Shown here: piece after piece, positions 35,901-47,900 of the stretch
Layout of the letters: each line of letters begins with the position of its first letter
How positions within the stretch are numbered: position 1 is the stretch's first letter
NCBI GenBank assembly: GCA_964016885.1
Contig: OZ024743.1
Coordinates: 130,138,001 to 130,202,000, forward strand
From: Eledone cirrhosa
Lineage: Eukaryota
Length of the DNA stretch: 64,000 nucleotides
Direction: 5' to 3'
Notes under the pieces: generated by a model
What the model was told of the DNA's origin: nothing
What the model saw: the letters and a program-made list of their open reading frames with translations, nothing else
Database searches by the model: none
Position numbers and translations under genes: made by a program

Positions 35901-38900
35901 CTTGGTGCTTGGTGTTTGGTTCTTGGTTCTTGGTGTTTGGATACTTGTTGCTTGATGCTTGGTGCTTGATGTTTGGTGTTTGGTGCTTGGTGTTTGGTGC
36001 TTGGTGATTGGTGCTTGGTGTTAGGTGTTTGGTGCTTGGTCCTTGGTGTTTGGTGCTTGGTGTTTGGTGTTTGCTGTTTGGTGTTTGGTGTTTGCTGTTT
36101 GGTGTTTGCTGTTTGGTGTCTGCTTTTTGGTGTTTAGTGTTTGCTGTATGGTGTTTGGTGTTTGCTGTTTGCTGTTTGGTCTTTGGTGCTTGGTGCTTGG
36201 TGCTTGGTGTTATATATGCTTGGTGTTTGATGCTTGGTGCTTGGTGCTTGGTGTTTGGTGTTTGGTGTTTGATGCTTGGTGCTTGGTGTTTGGTGCTTGG
36301 TGCTTGGTGTTTGTACTTGGTGCTTGGTGCTTCGTGCTTGGTGTTTGGTGCTTGGTGTTTGGTGCTTGGTGCTTGGTGTTTGGTGCTTGGTGCTTGGTGC
36401 TTGGTGCTTGGTGTTTGGTGGTTGGTGTTTGGTGCTTGGTGTTAGGTGTTTGGTGCTTGGTGCTTGGTGTTTGGTGTTTAGTGCTTGGTGTTTGGTGCTT
36501 GGTGCTTGGTGTTTGGTGCTTGGTACTTGGTGCTTGGTGCTTGGTGTTAGGTGTTTGGTGCTTGGTGTTTGGTGCTTGGTGTTTGGTGCTTGGTGCTTGG
36601 TGCTTGGTGCTTGGTGTTTGGTGGTTGGTGTTTGGTGCATGGTGTTAGGTGTTTGGTGCTTGGTGCTTGGTGTTTGGTGTTTGGTGCTTGGTGTTTGGTG
36701 TTTGGTGCTTGGTGTTTGGTGTTTTTGCTTGGTGCTTGGTGCTTGGTGTTTGGTGCTTGGTGCTTGGTGTTTGGTGTTGGGTGCTTGGTGCTTGGTGTTT
36801 GGTGTTTGGTGCTTGGTGCTTGGTGTTTGGTGTTTGGTGTTATATGCTTGGTGTTTGATGCTTGGTGCTTGGTGTTTGGTGTTTGGTGTTTGGTGCTTGG
36901 TGTTTGATGCTTGGTGCTTGGTGCTTGGTGTTTGGTGCTTGGTGCTTGGTGTTTGGTGTTTGGTGCTTGGTGTTTGGTGATTGATGCTTGGTGCTTGGTG
37001 CTTGGTGTTTGGTGGTTGGTGCTTGGTGCTTGGTGTTAGGTGTTTGGTGCTTGGTGCTTGGTGTTTGGTGTTTGGTGCTTGGTGTTTGGTGTTTGGTTGT
37101 TGGTGTTTGGTGCTTGGAACTTGGTGCTTGGTGCTTGGTGTTAGGTGTTTGGTGCTTGGTGCTTGGTGTCTGGTTTTTGGTGCTTGGTGCTTGGTGTTTG
37201 GTGTTTGGTGCTTGCTGCTGGTTGCTTGGTGTTTGGTGCTTGATGATTGGTGCTTGGTGTTTGGGGCTTGGTGTTTGGTGTTTGGTGCTAGGTGCTTGGT
37301 GTTTGGTGCTTGGTGCTTGGTGTTTGTACTTGGTGCTTGGTGCTTGGTTCTTTGTGTTTGGTGCTTGGTGCTTGGTGTTTGGTGCTTGGTGCTTGGTGTT
37401 TGGTGCTTGGTGCTTGGTGCTCGGTGTTTGGTGCTTGGTGTTAGGTGTTTGGTGCTTGGTGCTTGGTGTTTGGTGTTTGGTGCTTGGTGCTTGGTGTTTG
37501 GTGTTTGGTGCTTGGTGTTTGGTGTTTGGTGTTATATGCTTGGTGTTTGATGCTTGGTGCTTGGTGCTTGGTGTTTGGTGCTTGGTGTTTGATGCTTGGT
37601 GCTTGGTGCTTGGTGTTTGGTGCCTGGTGCTTGGTGTTTGTACTTGGTGCTTGGTGCTTGGTTCTTGGTGTTTGGTGCTTGGTGCTTGGTGTTTGGTGCT
37701 TGGTGCTTGGTGTTTGGTGCTTGGTGTTTGGTGCTTGGTGTTTGGTGCTTGGTGCTTGGTGCTTGGTGCTTGGTGTTTGGTGCTTGGTGTTTGGTGCTTG
37801 GTGTTAGGTGTTTGGTGCTTGGTGTTTGGTGTTTGGTATTTGGTGCTTGGTGCTTGGTGTTTGGTGCTTGCTGCTGGCTGCTTGGTGTTTGATGCTTGGT
37901 GATTGGTGCTTGGTGTTTGGTGCTTGGTGTTTGGTGTTTGGTGCTAGGTGCTTGGTGTTTGGTGCTTGGTGCTTGGTGCTTGGTGTTTGGTGCTTGGTGC
38001 TTGGTCTTTGGTGCTTGGTGTTTGGTGTTTGGTGCTTGGTGCTTGGTGCTTGGTGTTTGGTGCTTGGTGCTTGGTGTTTGGTGCTTGGTGCTTAGTGTTT
38101 GGTGCTTGGTGCTTAGTGTTTGGTGCTAGGTGCTTGGTGTTTGGTGCTTGGGGCTTGGTGTTTGGTGCCTGGTCCTTGGTGTTTGGTGCTTGGTGCTTGG
38201 TGTTTGGTGTTTGCTGTTTGCTGTTTGGTGTTTGTTGTTTGGTGTTTGTTGTTTGGTGTTTGCTGTTTGGTGTTTGGTGTTTGCTTTTTGGTGTTTGGTG
38301 TTTGCTGTATGTTGTTTGCTGTTTGGGTGTTTGGTGTTTGGTCTTTGGTGCTTGGTGCTTGGTGTTTGGTGCTTGGTGCTTGGTGTTTCGTGCCTGGTGC
38401 TTGGTGCTTGGTGCTTGGTGTTTGGTGTTTGGTGCTTGGTGCTTGGTGCTTGGAGTTTGGTGTTTGGTGCTTGGTGCTTGGTGTTTTGTGTTTCGTGTTT
38501 GGTTTTTGGTGCTTGGTGCTTGGTGCTTGGTCCTTGGTGTTTGGTGCTGGGTGCTTTGTGTTTGGTGCTTGGTGCTTGGTGCTTGGTGTTTTGTGTTTGG
38601 TGCTTGGTGCTTGGTGCTCGGTGCTTGGTGCTTGGTGTTTGTACTTGATGCTTGGTGCTTGGTGTTTGGTTCTTGGTTCTTGGTGTTTGGTACTTGGTGC
38701 TTGGTGTTTGGTGTTTGCTGTTTGGTGTTTGGTGTTTGGTGTTTGGTGTTTGCTGTTTGGTGTCTGCTTTTTGGTGCTTGGTGCTTGGTGTTTGGTGTTT
38801 GGTGTTATATGCTTGGTGTTTGATGCTTGGTGCTTGGTGCTTGGTGTTTGGTGTTTGGTGTTTGGTGCTTGGTGCTTGGTGTTTGGTGCTTGGTGCTGAG

Positions 38901-41900
38901 TGGTTGGTGTTTGGTGCTTGGTGTTTGGTGCTGGGTGCTTGGTGTTTGGTGCTGGGTGCTTGGTGTTTGGTGCTTGGTGCTTGGTCTTTGGTGCTTGGTG
39001 TTTGGTGCTTGGTGCTTGGTGCTTGGTGTTTGGTGCTTGGTGCTTGGTGTTTGGTGATTGGTGCTTGGTGTTTGCTGTTTGCTGTTTGGTGTTTGTTGTT
39101 TGGTGTTTGTTGTTTGGTGTTTGCTGTTTGGTGTTTGGTGTTTGCTTTTTGGTGTTTGGTGTTTGCTGTATGTTGTTTGCTGTTTGGTGATTGGTGTTTG
39201 GTGCCTGGTGCTTGGTCCTTGGTGCTTGGTGTTTGGTGTTTGGTGCTTGGTGCTTGGTGCTTGGTGTTTGGTGCTTGGTGCTTGGTGTTTTGTGTTTCGT
39301 GTTTGGTTTTTGGTGCTTGGTGCTTGGTGCTTGGTCCTTGGTGTTAGGTGCTGGGTGCTTTGTGTTTGGTGCTTGGTGCTTGGTGTTTGGTGTTTGCTGC
39401 TTGGTGCTTGATGCTTGGTGTTTGGTGCTTGGTGCTTGGTGCTTGGTGTTTGTACTTGGTGCTTGGTGCTTGGTGTTTGGTTCTTGGTTCTTGGTGTTTG
39501 GTGTTTGGCATTTGGTGTTTGGTGCTTGGTGCTTGGTGTTTGGTGCTTGGTGCTTGGTGTTTGGTGCCTGGTGCTTGGTGCTTGGTGCTTGGTGTTTGGA
39601 GTTTGGTGTTTGGTGCTTGGTGCTTGGTGCTTGGTCCTTGGTGTTTGGTGCTGGGTGCTTTGTGTTTGGTGATTGGTGCTTGGTGTTTGGTGTTTGCTGC
39701 TTGGTGTTTGATGCTTGGTGCTTGGTGTTTTGTGTTTGGTGCTTGGTGCTTGGTGTTTGGTGCTTGGTGCTTGGTGCTTGGTGTTTGTACTTGGTGCTTG
39801 GTGTTTGGTGTTTGGTTCTTGGTTCTTGGTGTTTGGTACTTGGTGCTTGGTGCTTGGTGCTTGGTGTTAGGTATTTGGTGCTTTGTGCTTCGTGTTTGGT
39901 GCTTGGTGTTTGGTGTTAGGTGTTTGGAGTTTGGTGTTTGGTGTTTGGTTTTGCTGTCTGGTGTCTGCTTTTTGGTGTTTAGTGTTTGCTGTATGGTGTT
40001 TGCTGTTTCGTGTTTGGTGTTTGCTGTTTGGTGTTTGGTCTTTGGTGCTTGGTGTTTGGTGCTTGGTGTTTGGTGTTTGGTGCTTGCTGCTTGGTGTTTG
40101 GTGTTTGGTGCTTGGTGCTTGGTGTTTGGTGTTTAGTGTTTGGTGCTTGGTGTCTGGTGCTTGGTGTTTGGTGTTTGGTGCTTGGTGTTTGGTGTTTGGT
40201 GATTGGTGCTTGGTGTTTGGTGTTTGCTGCTTGGTGTTTGATGCTTGGTGCTTGGTGTTTTGTGTTTGGTGCTTGGTGCTTGGTGTTTGGTGCTTGGTTC
40301 TTGGTGCTTGGTGTTTGTACTTGGTGCTTGGTGCTTGGTGTTTGGTTCTTGGTTCTTGGTGTTTGGTAGTTGGTGCTTGGTGTTTGGTGTTTGCTGTTTG
40401 GTGTCTGCTTTTTGGTGTTTAGTGTTTGCTGTATGGTGTTTGGTGTTTGCTGTTTGGTGTTTGGTCTTTGGTGCTTGGTGTTTGGTGCTCGGTGCTTGGT
40501 GTTTGGTATTCGGTGCTTGCTGCTTGGTGTTTGGTGCTTGGTGTTTGGTGTTTGGTGTTTGGTGCTTGGTGTCTGGTGCTTGGTGTTTGGTGCTTGGTGT
40601 TTGGTGTTTGGTGCTTGGTGTTTGGTGTTTGGTGTTTGGTGCTTGGTGCTTGGTGTTTGGTATTTGGTGTTTGGTGCTTGGTGTCTGGTGCTTGGTGTTT
40701 GGTGTTTGGTGCTTGGTGTTTGGTGTTTGGTGTTTGTTGCTTGGTGCTTGGTGCTTGGTGTTTGGTGTTTGGTGTTTGGTGCTTGGTGCTTGGTGTTTGG
40801 TGCTTGGTGCTGAGTGGTTGGTGTTTGGTGCTTGGTGTTTGGTGCTGGGTGCTTGGTTTTTGGTCCTGGGTGCTTGGTGTTTGGTGCTTGGTGCTTGGTG
40901 CTTGGTGTTTGGTGCTTGGTGCTTAGTGTTTGGTGCTAGGTGCTTGGTGTTTGGTGCTTGGTGTTTGGTGCTTGGTGCTTGGTGTTTGGTGTTTGGTGTT
41001 TGGTGCTTGGTGTTTGGTGCTTGGTGCTTGGTGTTTGGTGTTTGGTGCTTGGTGCTTGGTGCTTGGTGTTTGGTGTTTGGTGTTTGGTGCTTGGTGCTTG
41101 GTGTTTGGTGCTTGGTGCTGAGTGGTTGGTGTTTGGTGCTTGGTGTTTGGTGCTGGGTGCTTGGTTTTTGGTCCTGGGTGCTTGGTGTTTGGTGCTTGGT
41201 GCTTGGTGCTTGGTGTTTGGTGCTTGGTGCTTGGTGTTTGGTGCTTGGTGCTTAGTGTTTGGTGCTAGGTGCTTGGTGTTTGGTGCTTGGTGTTTGGTGC
41301 ATGGTGCTTGGTGTTTGGTGTTTAGTGTTTGGTGCTTGGTGCTTGGTGTTTGCTGTTTGCTGTTTGGTGTTTGTTGTTTGGTGTTTGTTGTTTGGTGTTT
41401 GCTGTTTGGTGTTTGGTGTTTGCTATTTGGTGTTTGGTGTTTGCTCTATGTTGTTTGCTGTTTGGTGTTTGGTGTTTGGTGTTTGGTGTTTGGTGTTTGG
41501 TTTTTGGTGCTTGGTGCTTGGTGCTTGGTCCTTGGTGTTTGGTGCTGGGTGCTTTGTGTTTGGTGCTTGGTGCTTGGTGCTTGGTGTTTGGTGTTTGCTG
41601 CTTGGTGTTTGATGCTTGGTGCTTGGTGCTTGGTGTTTTGTGTTTGGTGCTTGGTGCTTGGTATTTGGTGCTCGGTGCTTGGTGCTTGGTGTTTGTACTT
41701 GGTGCTTGGTGCTTGGTGTTTGGTTCTTGGTTCTTGGTGTTTGGTGTTTTGCGTTTGGTGTTTGGTGCTTGGTGTTTGGTGCTTGGTGCTTGGTGTTTGG
41801 TGCCTGGTGCTTGGTGCTTGGTGCTTGGTGTTTGGTGTTTGGTGCTTGGTGCTTGGAGTTTGGTGTTTGGTGCTTGGTGCTTGGTGCTTGGTCCTTGGTG

Positions 41901-44900
41901 TTTGGTGCAGGGTGCTTTGTGTTTGGTGATTGGTGCTTGGTGTTTGGTGTTTGCTGCTTGGTGCTTGGTGCTTGGTGTTTCTACTTGGTGCTTGGTGCTT
42001 GGTGTTTGGTTCTTGGTTCTTGGTGTTTGGTACTTGGTGCTTGGTGCTTGGTGCTTGATGTTTGGTGTTTGGTGCTTGGTGTTTGGTGCTTGGTGGTTGG
42101 TGCTTGGTGCTTGGTGCTTGGTGTTAGGTATTTGGTGCTTGGTGCTTGGTGTTTGGTGCTTGGTGTTTGGTGTTTGCTGTTTGGTGTTTGGTGTTTGCTG
42201 TTTGGTGTTTGCTGTTTGGTGTTTGGTGTTTGCTGTTTGGTGTTTGGTCTTTGGTGCTTGGAGTTTGGTGCTTGGTGTTTGGTGTTTGGTGCTTGGTGCT
42301 TGGTGCTTGGTGTTTGGTGCTTGGTGCTTGGTGTTTTGTGTTTCGTGTTTGGTTTTTGGTGCTTGGTGCTTGGTGCTTGGTCCTTGGTGTTAGGTGCTGG
42401 GTGCTTTGTGTTTGGTGCTTGGTGCTTGGTGTTTGGTGTTTGCTGCTTGGTGCTTGATGCTTGGTGTTTGGTGCTTGGTGCTTGGTGCTTGGTGTTTGTA
42501 CTTGGTGCTTAGTGCTTGGTGTTTGGTTCTTGGTTCTTGGTGTTTGGTGCTTGGCATTTGGTGTTTGGTGCTTGGTGCTTGGTGTTTGGTGCTTGGTGCT
42601 TGGTGTTTGGTGCCTGGTGCTTGGTGCTTGGTGCTTGGTGTTTGGAGTTTGGTGTTTGGTGCTTGGTGCTTGGTGCTTGGTCCTTGGTGTTTGGTGCTGG
42701 GTGCTTTGTGTTTGGTGATTGGTGCTTGGTGTTTGGTGTTTGCTGCTTGGTGTTTGATGCTTGGTGCTTGGTGTTTTGTGTTTGGTGCTTGGTGCTTGGT
42801 GTTTGGTGCTTGGTGCTTGGTGCTTGGTGTTTGTACTTGGTGCTTGGTGTTTGGTGTTTGGTTCTTGGTTCTTGGTGTTTGGTACTTGGTGCTTGGTGCT
42901 TGGTGCTTGGTGTTAGTTATTTGGTGCTTGGTGCTTCGTGTTTGGTGCTTGGTGTTTGGTGTTTGCTGTTTGGAGTTTGGTGTTTGGCGTTTGGTTTTGC
43001 TGTCTGGTGTCTGCTTTTTGGTGTTTAGTGTTTGCTGTATGGTGTTTGCTGTTTCGTGTTTGGTGTTTGCTGTTTGGTGTTTGGTCTTTGGTGCTTGGTG
43101 TTTGGTGCTTGGTGTTTGGTGTTTGGTGCTTGCTGCTTGGTGTTTGGTGTTTGGTGCTTGGTGCTTGGTGTTTGGTGTTTAGTGTTTGGTGCTTGGTGTC
43201 TGGTGCTTGGTGTTTGGTGTTTGGTGCTTGGTGTTTGGTGTTTGGTGATTGGTGCTTGGTGTTTGGTGTTTGCTGCTTGGTGTTTGATGCTTGGTGCTAG
43301 GTGTTTTGTGTTTGGTGCTTGGTGCTTGGTGTTTGGTGCTTGATGTTTGGTGTTTGGTGCTTGGTGTTTGGTGCTTGGTGCTTGGTGGTTGGTGCTTGGT
43401 GCTTGGTGCTTGGTGTTAGGTATTTGGTGCTTGGTGCTTGGTGTTTGGTGCTTGGTGTTTGGTGTTTGCTGTTTGGTGTTTGGTGTTTGCTGTTTGGTGT
43501 TTGCTGTTTGGTGTTTGGTGTTTGCTGTTTGGTGTTTGGTCTTTGGTGCTTGGTGTTTGGTGCTTGGTGTTTGGTGTTTGGTGCTTGGTGTTTGGTGCTT
43601 GGTGTTTGGTGTTTGGTGCTTGGTGCTTGGTGTTTGGTGTTTGGTGCTTGGTGCCTGGTGTTTGGTGTTTGGTGTTTGGTGCTGGGTGCTTTGTGTTTGG
43701 TGCTTGGTGCTTGGTGTTTGGTGTTTGCTGCTTGGTGTTTGATGCTTGGTGCTTGGTGCTTGGTGTTTTGTGTTTGGTGCTTGGTTCTTGGTGTTTGGTG
43801 CTTGGTGCTTGGTGCTTGGTGTTTGTACTTGGTGCTTGGTGCTTGGTGTTTGGTTCTTGGTTCTTGGTGTTTGGATACTTGTTGCTTGATGCTTGGTGCT
43901 TGATGTCTGGTGTTCGGTGCTTGGTGTTTGGTGCTTGGTGCTTGGTGCTTGGTGTTAGGTGTTTGGTGCTTGGTCCTTGGTGTTTGGTGCTTGGTGTTTG
44001 GTGTTTGCTGTTTGGTGTTTGGTGTTTGGTGTTTGGTGTTTGCTGTTTGGTGTCTGCTTTTTGGTGTTTAGTGTTTGCTGTATGGTGTTTGGTGATTGCT
44101 GTTTGGTGTTTGGTCTTTGGTGCTTGGTGCTTGGTGCTTGGTGTTATATATGCTTGGTGTTTGATGCTTGGTGCTTGGTGCTTGGTGTTTGGTGTTTGGT
44201 GTTTGATGCTTGGTGCTTGGTGTTTGGTGCTTGGTGCTTGGTGTTTGTACTTGGTGCTTGGTGCTTCGTGCTTGGTGTTTGGTGCTTGGTGTTTGGTGCT
44301 TGGTGCTTGGTGTTTGGTGCTTGGTGCTTGGTGCTTGGTGCTTGGTGTTTGGTGGTTGGTGTTTGGTGCTTGGTGTTAGGTGTTTGGTGCTTGGTGCTTG
44401 GTGTTTGGTGTTTAGTGCTTGGTGTTTGGTGCTTGGTGCTTGGTGTTTGGTTGTTTGGTTCTTGGTACTTGGTGCTTGGTGCTTGGTGTTAGGTGTTTGG
44501 TGCTTGGTGTTTGGTGCTTGGTGTTTGGTGCTTGGTGCTTGGTGCTTGGTGCTTGGTGTTTGGTGGTTGGTGTTTGGTGCTTGGTGTTAGGTGTTTGGTG
44601 CTTGGTGCTTGGTGTTTGGTGTTTGGTGCTTGGTGTTTGGTGTTTGGTGCTTGGTGTTTGGTGCTTTTTGCTTGGTGCTTGGTGCTTGGTGTTTGGTGCT
44701 TGGTGCTTGGTGTTTGGTGTTGGGTGCTTGGTGCTTGGTGTTTGGTGTTTGGTGCTTGGTGCTTGGTGTTTGGTGTTTGGTGTTATATGCTTGGTGTTTG
44801 ATGCTTGGTGCTTGGTGTTTGGTGTTTGGTGTTTGGTGCTTGGTGTTTGATGCTTGGTGCTTGGTGCTTGGTGTTTGGTGCTTGGTGCTTGGTGTTTGGT

Positions 44901-47900
44901 GTTTGGTGCTTGGTGTTTGGTGATTGATGCTTGGTGCTTGGTGCTTGGTGTTTGGTGGTTGGTGCTTGGTGCTTGGTGTTAGGTGTTTGGTGCTTGGTGC
45001 TTGGTGTTTGGTGTTTGGTGCTTGGTGTTTGGTGTTTGGTTGTTGGTGTTTGGTGCTTGGAACTTGGTGCTTGGTGCTTGGTGTTAGGTGTTTGGTGCTT
45101 GGTGCTTGGTGTCTGGTTTTTGTGCTTGGTGCTTGGTGTTTGGTGTTTGGTGCTTGCTGCTGGTTGCTTGGTGTTTGGTGCTTGATGATTGGTGCTTGGT
45201 GTTTGGGGCTTGGTGTTTGGTGTTTGGTGCTAGGTGCTTGGTGTTTGGTGCTTGGTGTTTGGTGTTTGTACTTGGTGCTTGGTGCTTGGTTCTTTGTGTT
45301 TGGTGCTTGGTGCTTGGTGTTTGGTGCTTGGTGCTTGGTGTTTGGTGCTTGGTGCTTGGTGCTCGGTGTTTGGTGCTTGGTGTTAGGTGTTTGGTGCTTG
45401 GTGCTTGGTGTTTGGTGTTTGGTGCTTGGTGCTTGGTGTTTGGTGTTTGGTGCTTGGTGTTTGGTGTTTGGTGTTATATGCTTGGTGTTTGATGCTTGGT
45501 GCTTGGTGCTTGGTGTTTGGTGCTTGGTGTTTGATGCTTGGTGCTTGGTGCTTGGTGTTTGGTGCTTGGTGCTTGGTGTTTGTACTTGGTGCTTGGTGCT
45601 TGGTTCTTGGTGTTTGGTGCTTGGTGCTTGGTGTTTGGTGCTTGGTGCTTGGTGTTTGGTGCTTGGTGTTTGGTGCTTGGTGTTTGGTGCTTGGTGCTTG
45701 GTGCTTGGTGCTTGGTGTTTGGTGCTTGGTGTTTGGTGCTTGGTGTTAGGTGTTTGGTGCTTGGTGTTTGGTGTTTGGATTTTGGTGCTTGGTGCTTGGT
45801 GTTTGGTGCTTGCTGCTGGCTGCTTGGTGTTTGATGCTTGGTGATTGGTGCTTGGTGTTTGGTGCTTGGTGTTTGGTGTTTGGTGCTAGGTGCTTGGTGT
45901 TTGGTGCTTGGTGCTTGGTGCTTGGTGTTTGGTGCTTGGTGCTTGGTCTTTGGTGCTTGGTGTTTGGTGTTTGGTGCTTGGTGCTTGGTGCTTGGTGTTT
46001 GGTGCTTGGTGCTTGGTGTTTGGTGCTTGGTGCTTAGTGTTTGGTGCTTGGTGCTTAGTGTTTGGTGCTAGGTGCTTGGTGTTTGGTGCTTGGGGCTTGG
46101 TGTTTGGTGCCTGGTGCTTGGTGTTTGGTGCTTGGTGCTTGGTGTTTGGTGTTTGCTGTTTGCTGTTTGGTGTTTGTTGTTTGGTGTTTGTTGTTTGGTG
46201 TTTGCTGTTTGGTGTTTGGTGTTTGCTTTTTGGTGTTTGGTGTTTGCTGTATGTTGTTTGCTGTTTGGTGTTTGGTGTTTGGTCTTTGGTGCTTGGTGCT
46301 TGGTGTTTGGTGCTTGGTGCTTGGTGTTTCGTGCCTGGTGCTTGGTGCTTGGTGCTTGGTGTTTGGTGTTTGGTGCTTGGTGCTTGGTGCTTGGAGTTTG
46401 GTGTTTGGTGCTTGGTGCTTGGTGTTTTGTGTTTCGTGTTTGGTTTTTGGTGCTTGGTGCTTGGTGCTTGGTCCTTGGTGTTTGGTGCTGGGTGCTTTGT
46501 GTTTGGTGCTTGGTGCTTGGTGCTTGGTGTTTTGTGTTTGGTGCTTGGTGCTTGGTGCTTGGTGCTTGGTGCTTGGTGTTTGTACTTGATGCTTGGTGCT
46601 TGGTGTTTGGTTCTTGGTTCTTGGTGTTTGGTACTTGGTGCTTGGTGTTTGGTGTTTGCTGTTTGGTGTTTGGTGTTTGGTGTTTGGTGTTTGCTGTTTG
46701 GTGTCTGCTTTTTGGTGCTTGGTGCTTGGTGTTTGGTGTTTGGTGTTATATGCTTGGTGTTTGATGCTTGGTGCTTGGTGCTTGGTGTTTGGTGTTTGGT
46801 GTTTGGTGCTTGGTGCTTGGTGTTTGGTGCTTGGTGCTGAGTGGTTGGTGTTTGGTGCTTGGTGTTTGGTGCTGGGTGCTTGGTGTTTTGTGCTGGGTGC
46901 TTGGTGTTTGGTGCTTGGTGCTTGGTCTTTGGTGCTTGGTGTTTGGTGCTTGGTGCTTGGTGGTTGGTGTTTGGTGCTTGGTGCTTGGTGTTTGGTGATT
47001 GGTGCTTGGTGTTTGCTGTTTGCTGTTTGGTGTTTGTTGTTTGGTGTTTGTTGTTTGGTGTTTGCTGTTTGGTGTTTGGTGTTTGCTTTTTGGTGTTTGG
47101 TGTTTGCTGTATGTTGTTTGCTGTTTGGTGTTTGGTGTTTTGTGCCTGGTGCTTGGTCCTTGGTGCTTGGTGTTTGGTGTTTGGTGCTTGGTGCTTGGTG
47201 CTTGGTGTTTGGTGCTTGGTGCTTGGTGTTTTGTGTTTCGTGTTTGGTTTTTGGTGCTTGGTACTTGGTGCTTGGTCCTTGGTGTTTGGTGCTTGGTGCT
47301 GAGTGGTTGGTGTTTGGTGCTTGGTGTTTGGTGCTGGGTGCTTGGTTTTTGGTCCTGGGTGCTTGGTGTTTGGTGCTTGGTGCTTGGTGCTTGGTGTTTG
47401 GTGCTTGGTGCTTAGTGTTTGGTGCTTGGTGTTTGGTGCTTGGTGCTTGGTGTTTGGTGTTTGGTCTTTGGTGCTTGGTGTTTGGTGCTTGGTGCTTGGT
47501 GTTTGGTGTTTGGTGCTTGGTGCTTGGTGCTTGGTGTTTGGTGTTTGGTGTTTGGTGCTTGGTGCTTGGTGTTTGGTGCTTGGTGCTGAGTGGTTGGTGT
47601 TTGGTGCTTGGTGTTTGGTGCTGAGTGCTTGGTTTTTGGTCCTGGGTGCTTGGTGTTTGGTGCTTGGTGCTTGGTGCTTGGTGTTTGGTGCTTGGTGCTT
47701 GGTGTTTGGTGCTTGGTGCTTAGTGTTTGGTGCTAGGTGCTTGGTGTTTGGTGCTTGGTGTTTGGTGCTTGGTGCTTGGTGTTTGGTGTTTGGTGTTTGG
47801 TGCTTGGTGCTTGGTGTTTGCTGTTTGCTGTTTGGTGTTTGTTGTTTGGTGTTTGTTGTTTGGTGTTTGCTGTTTGGTGTTTGGTGTTTGCTATTTGGTG

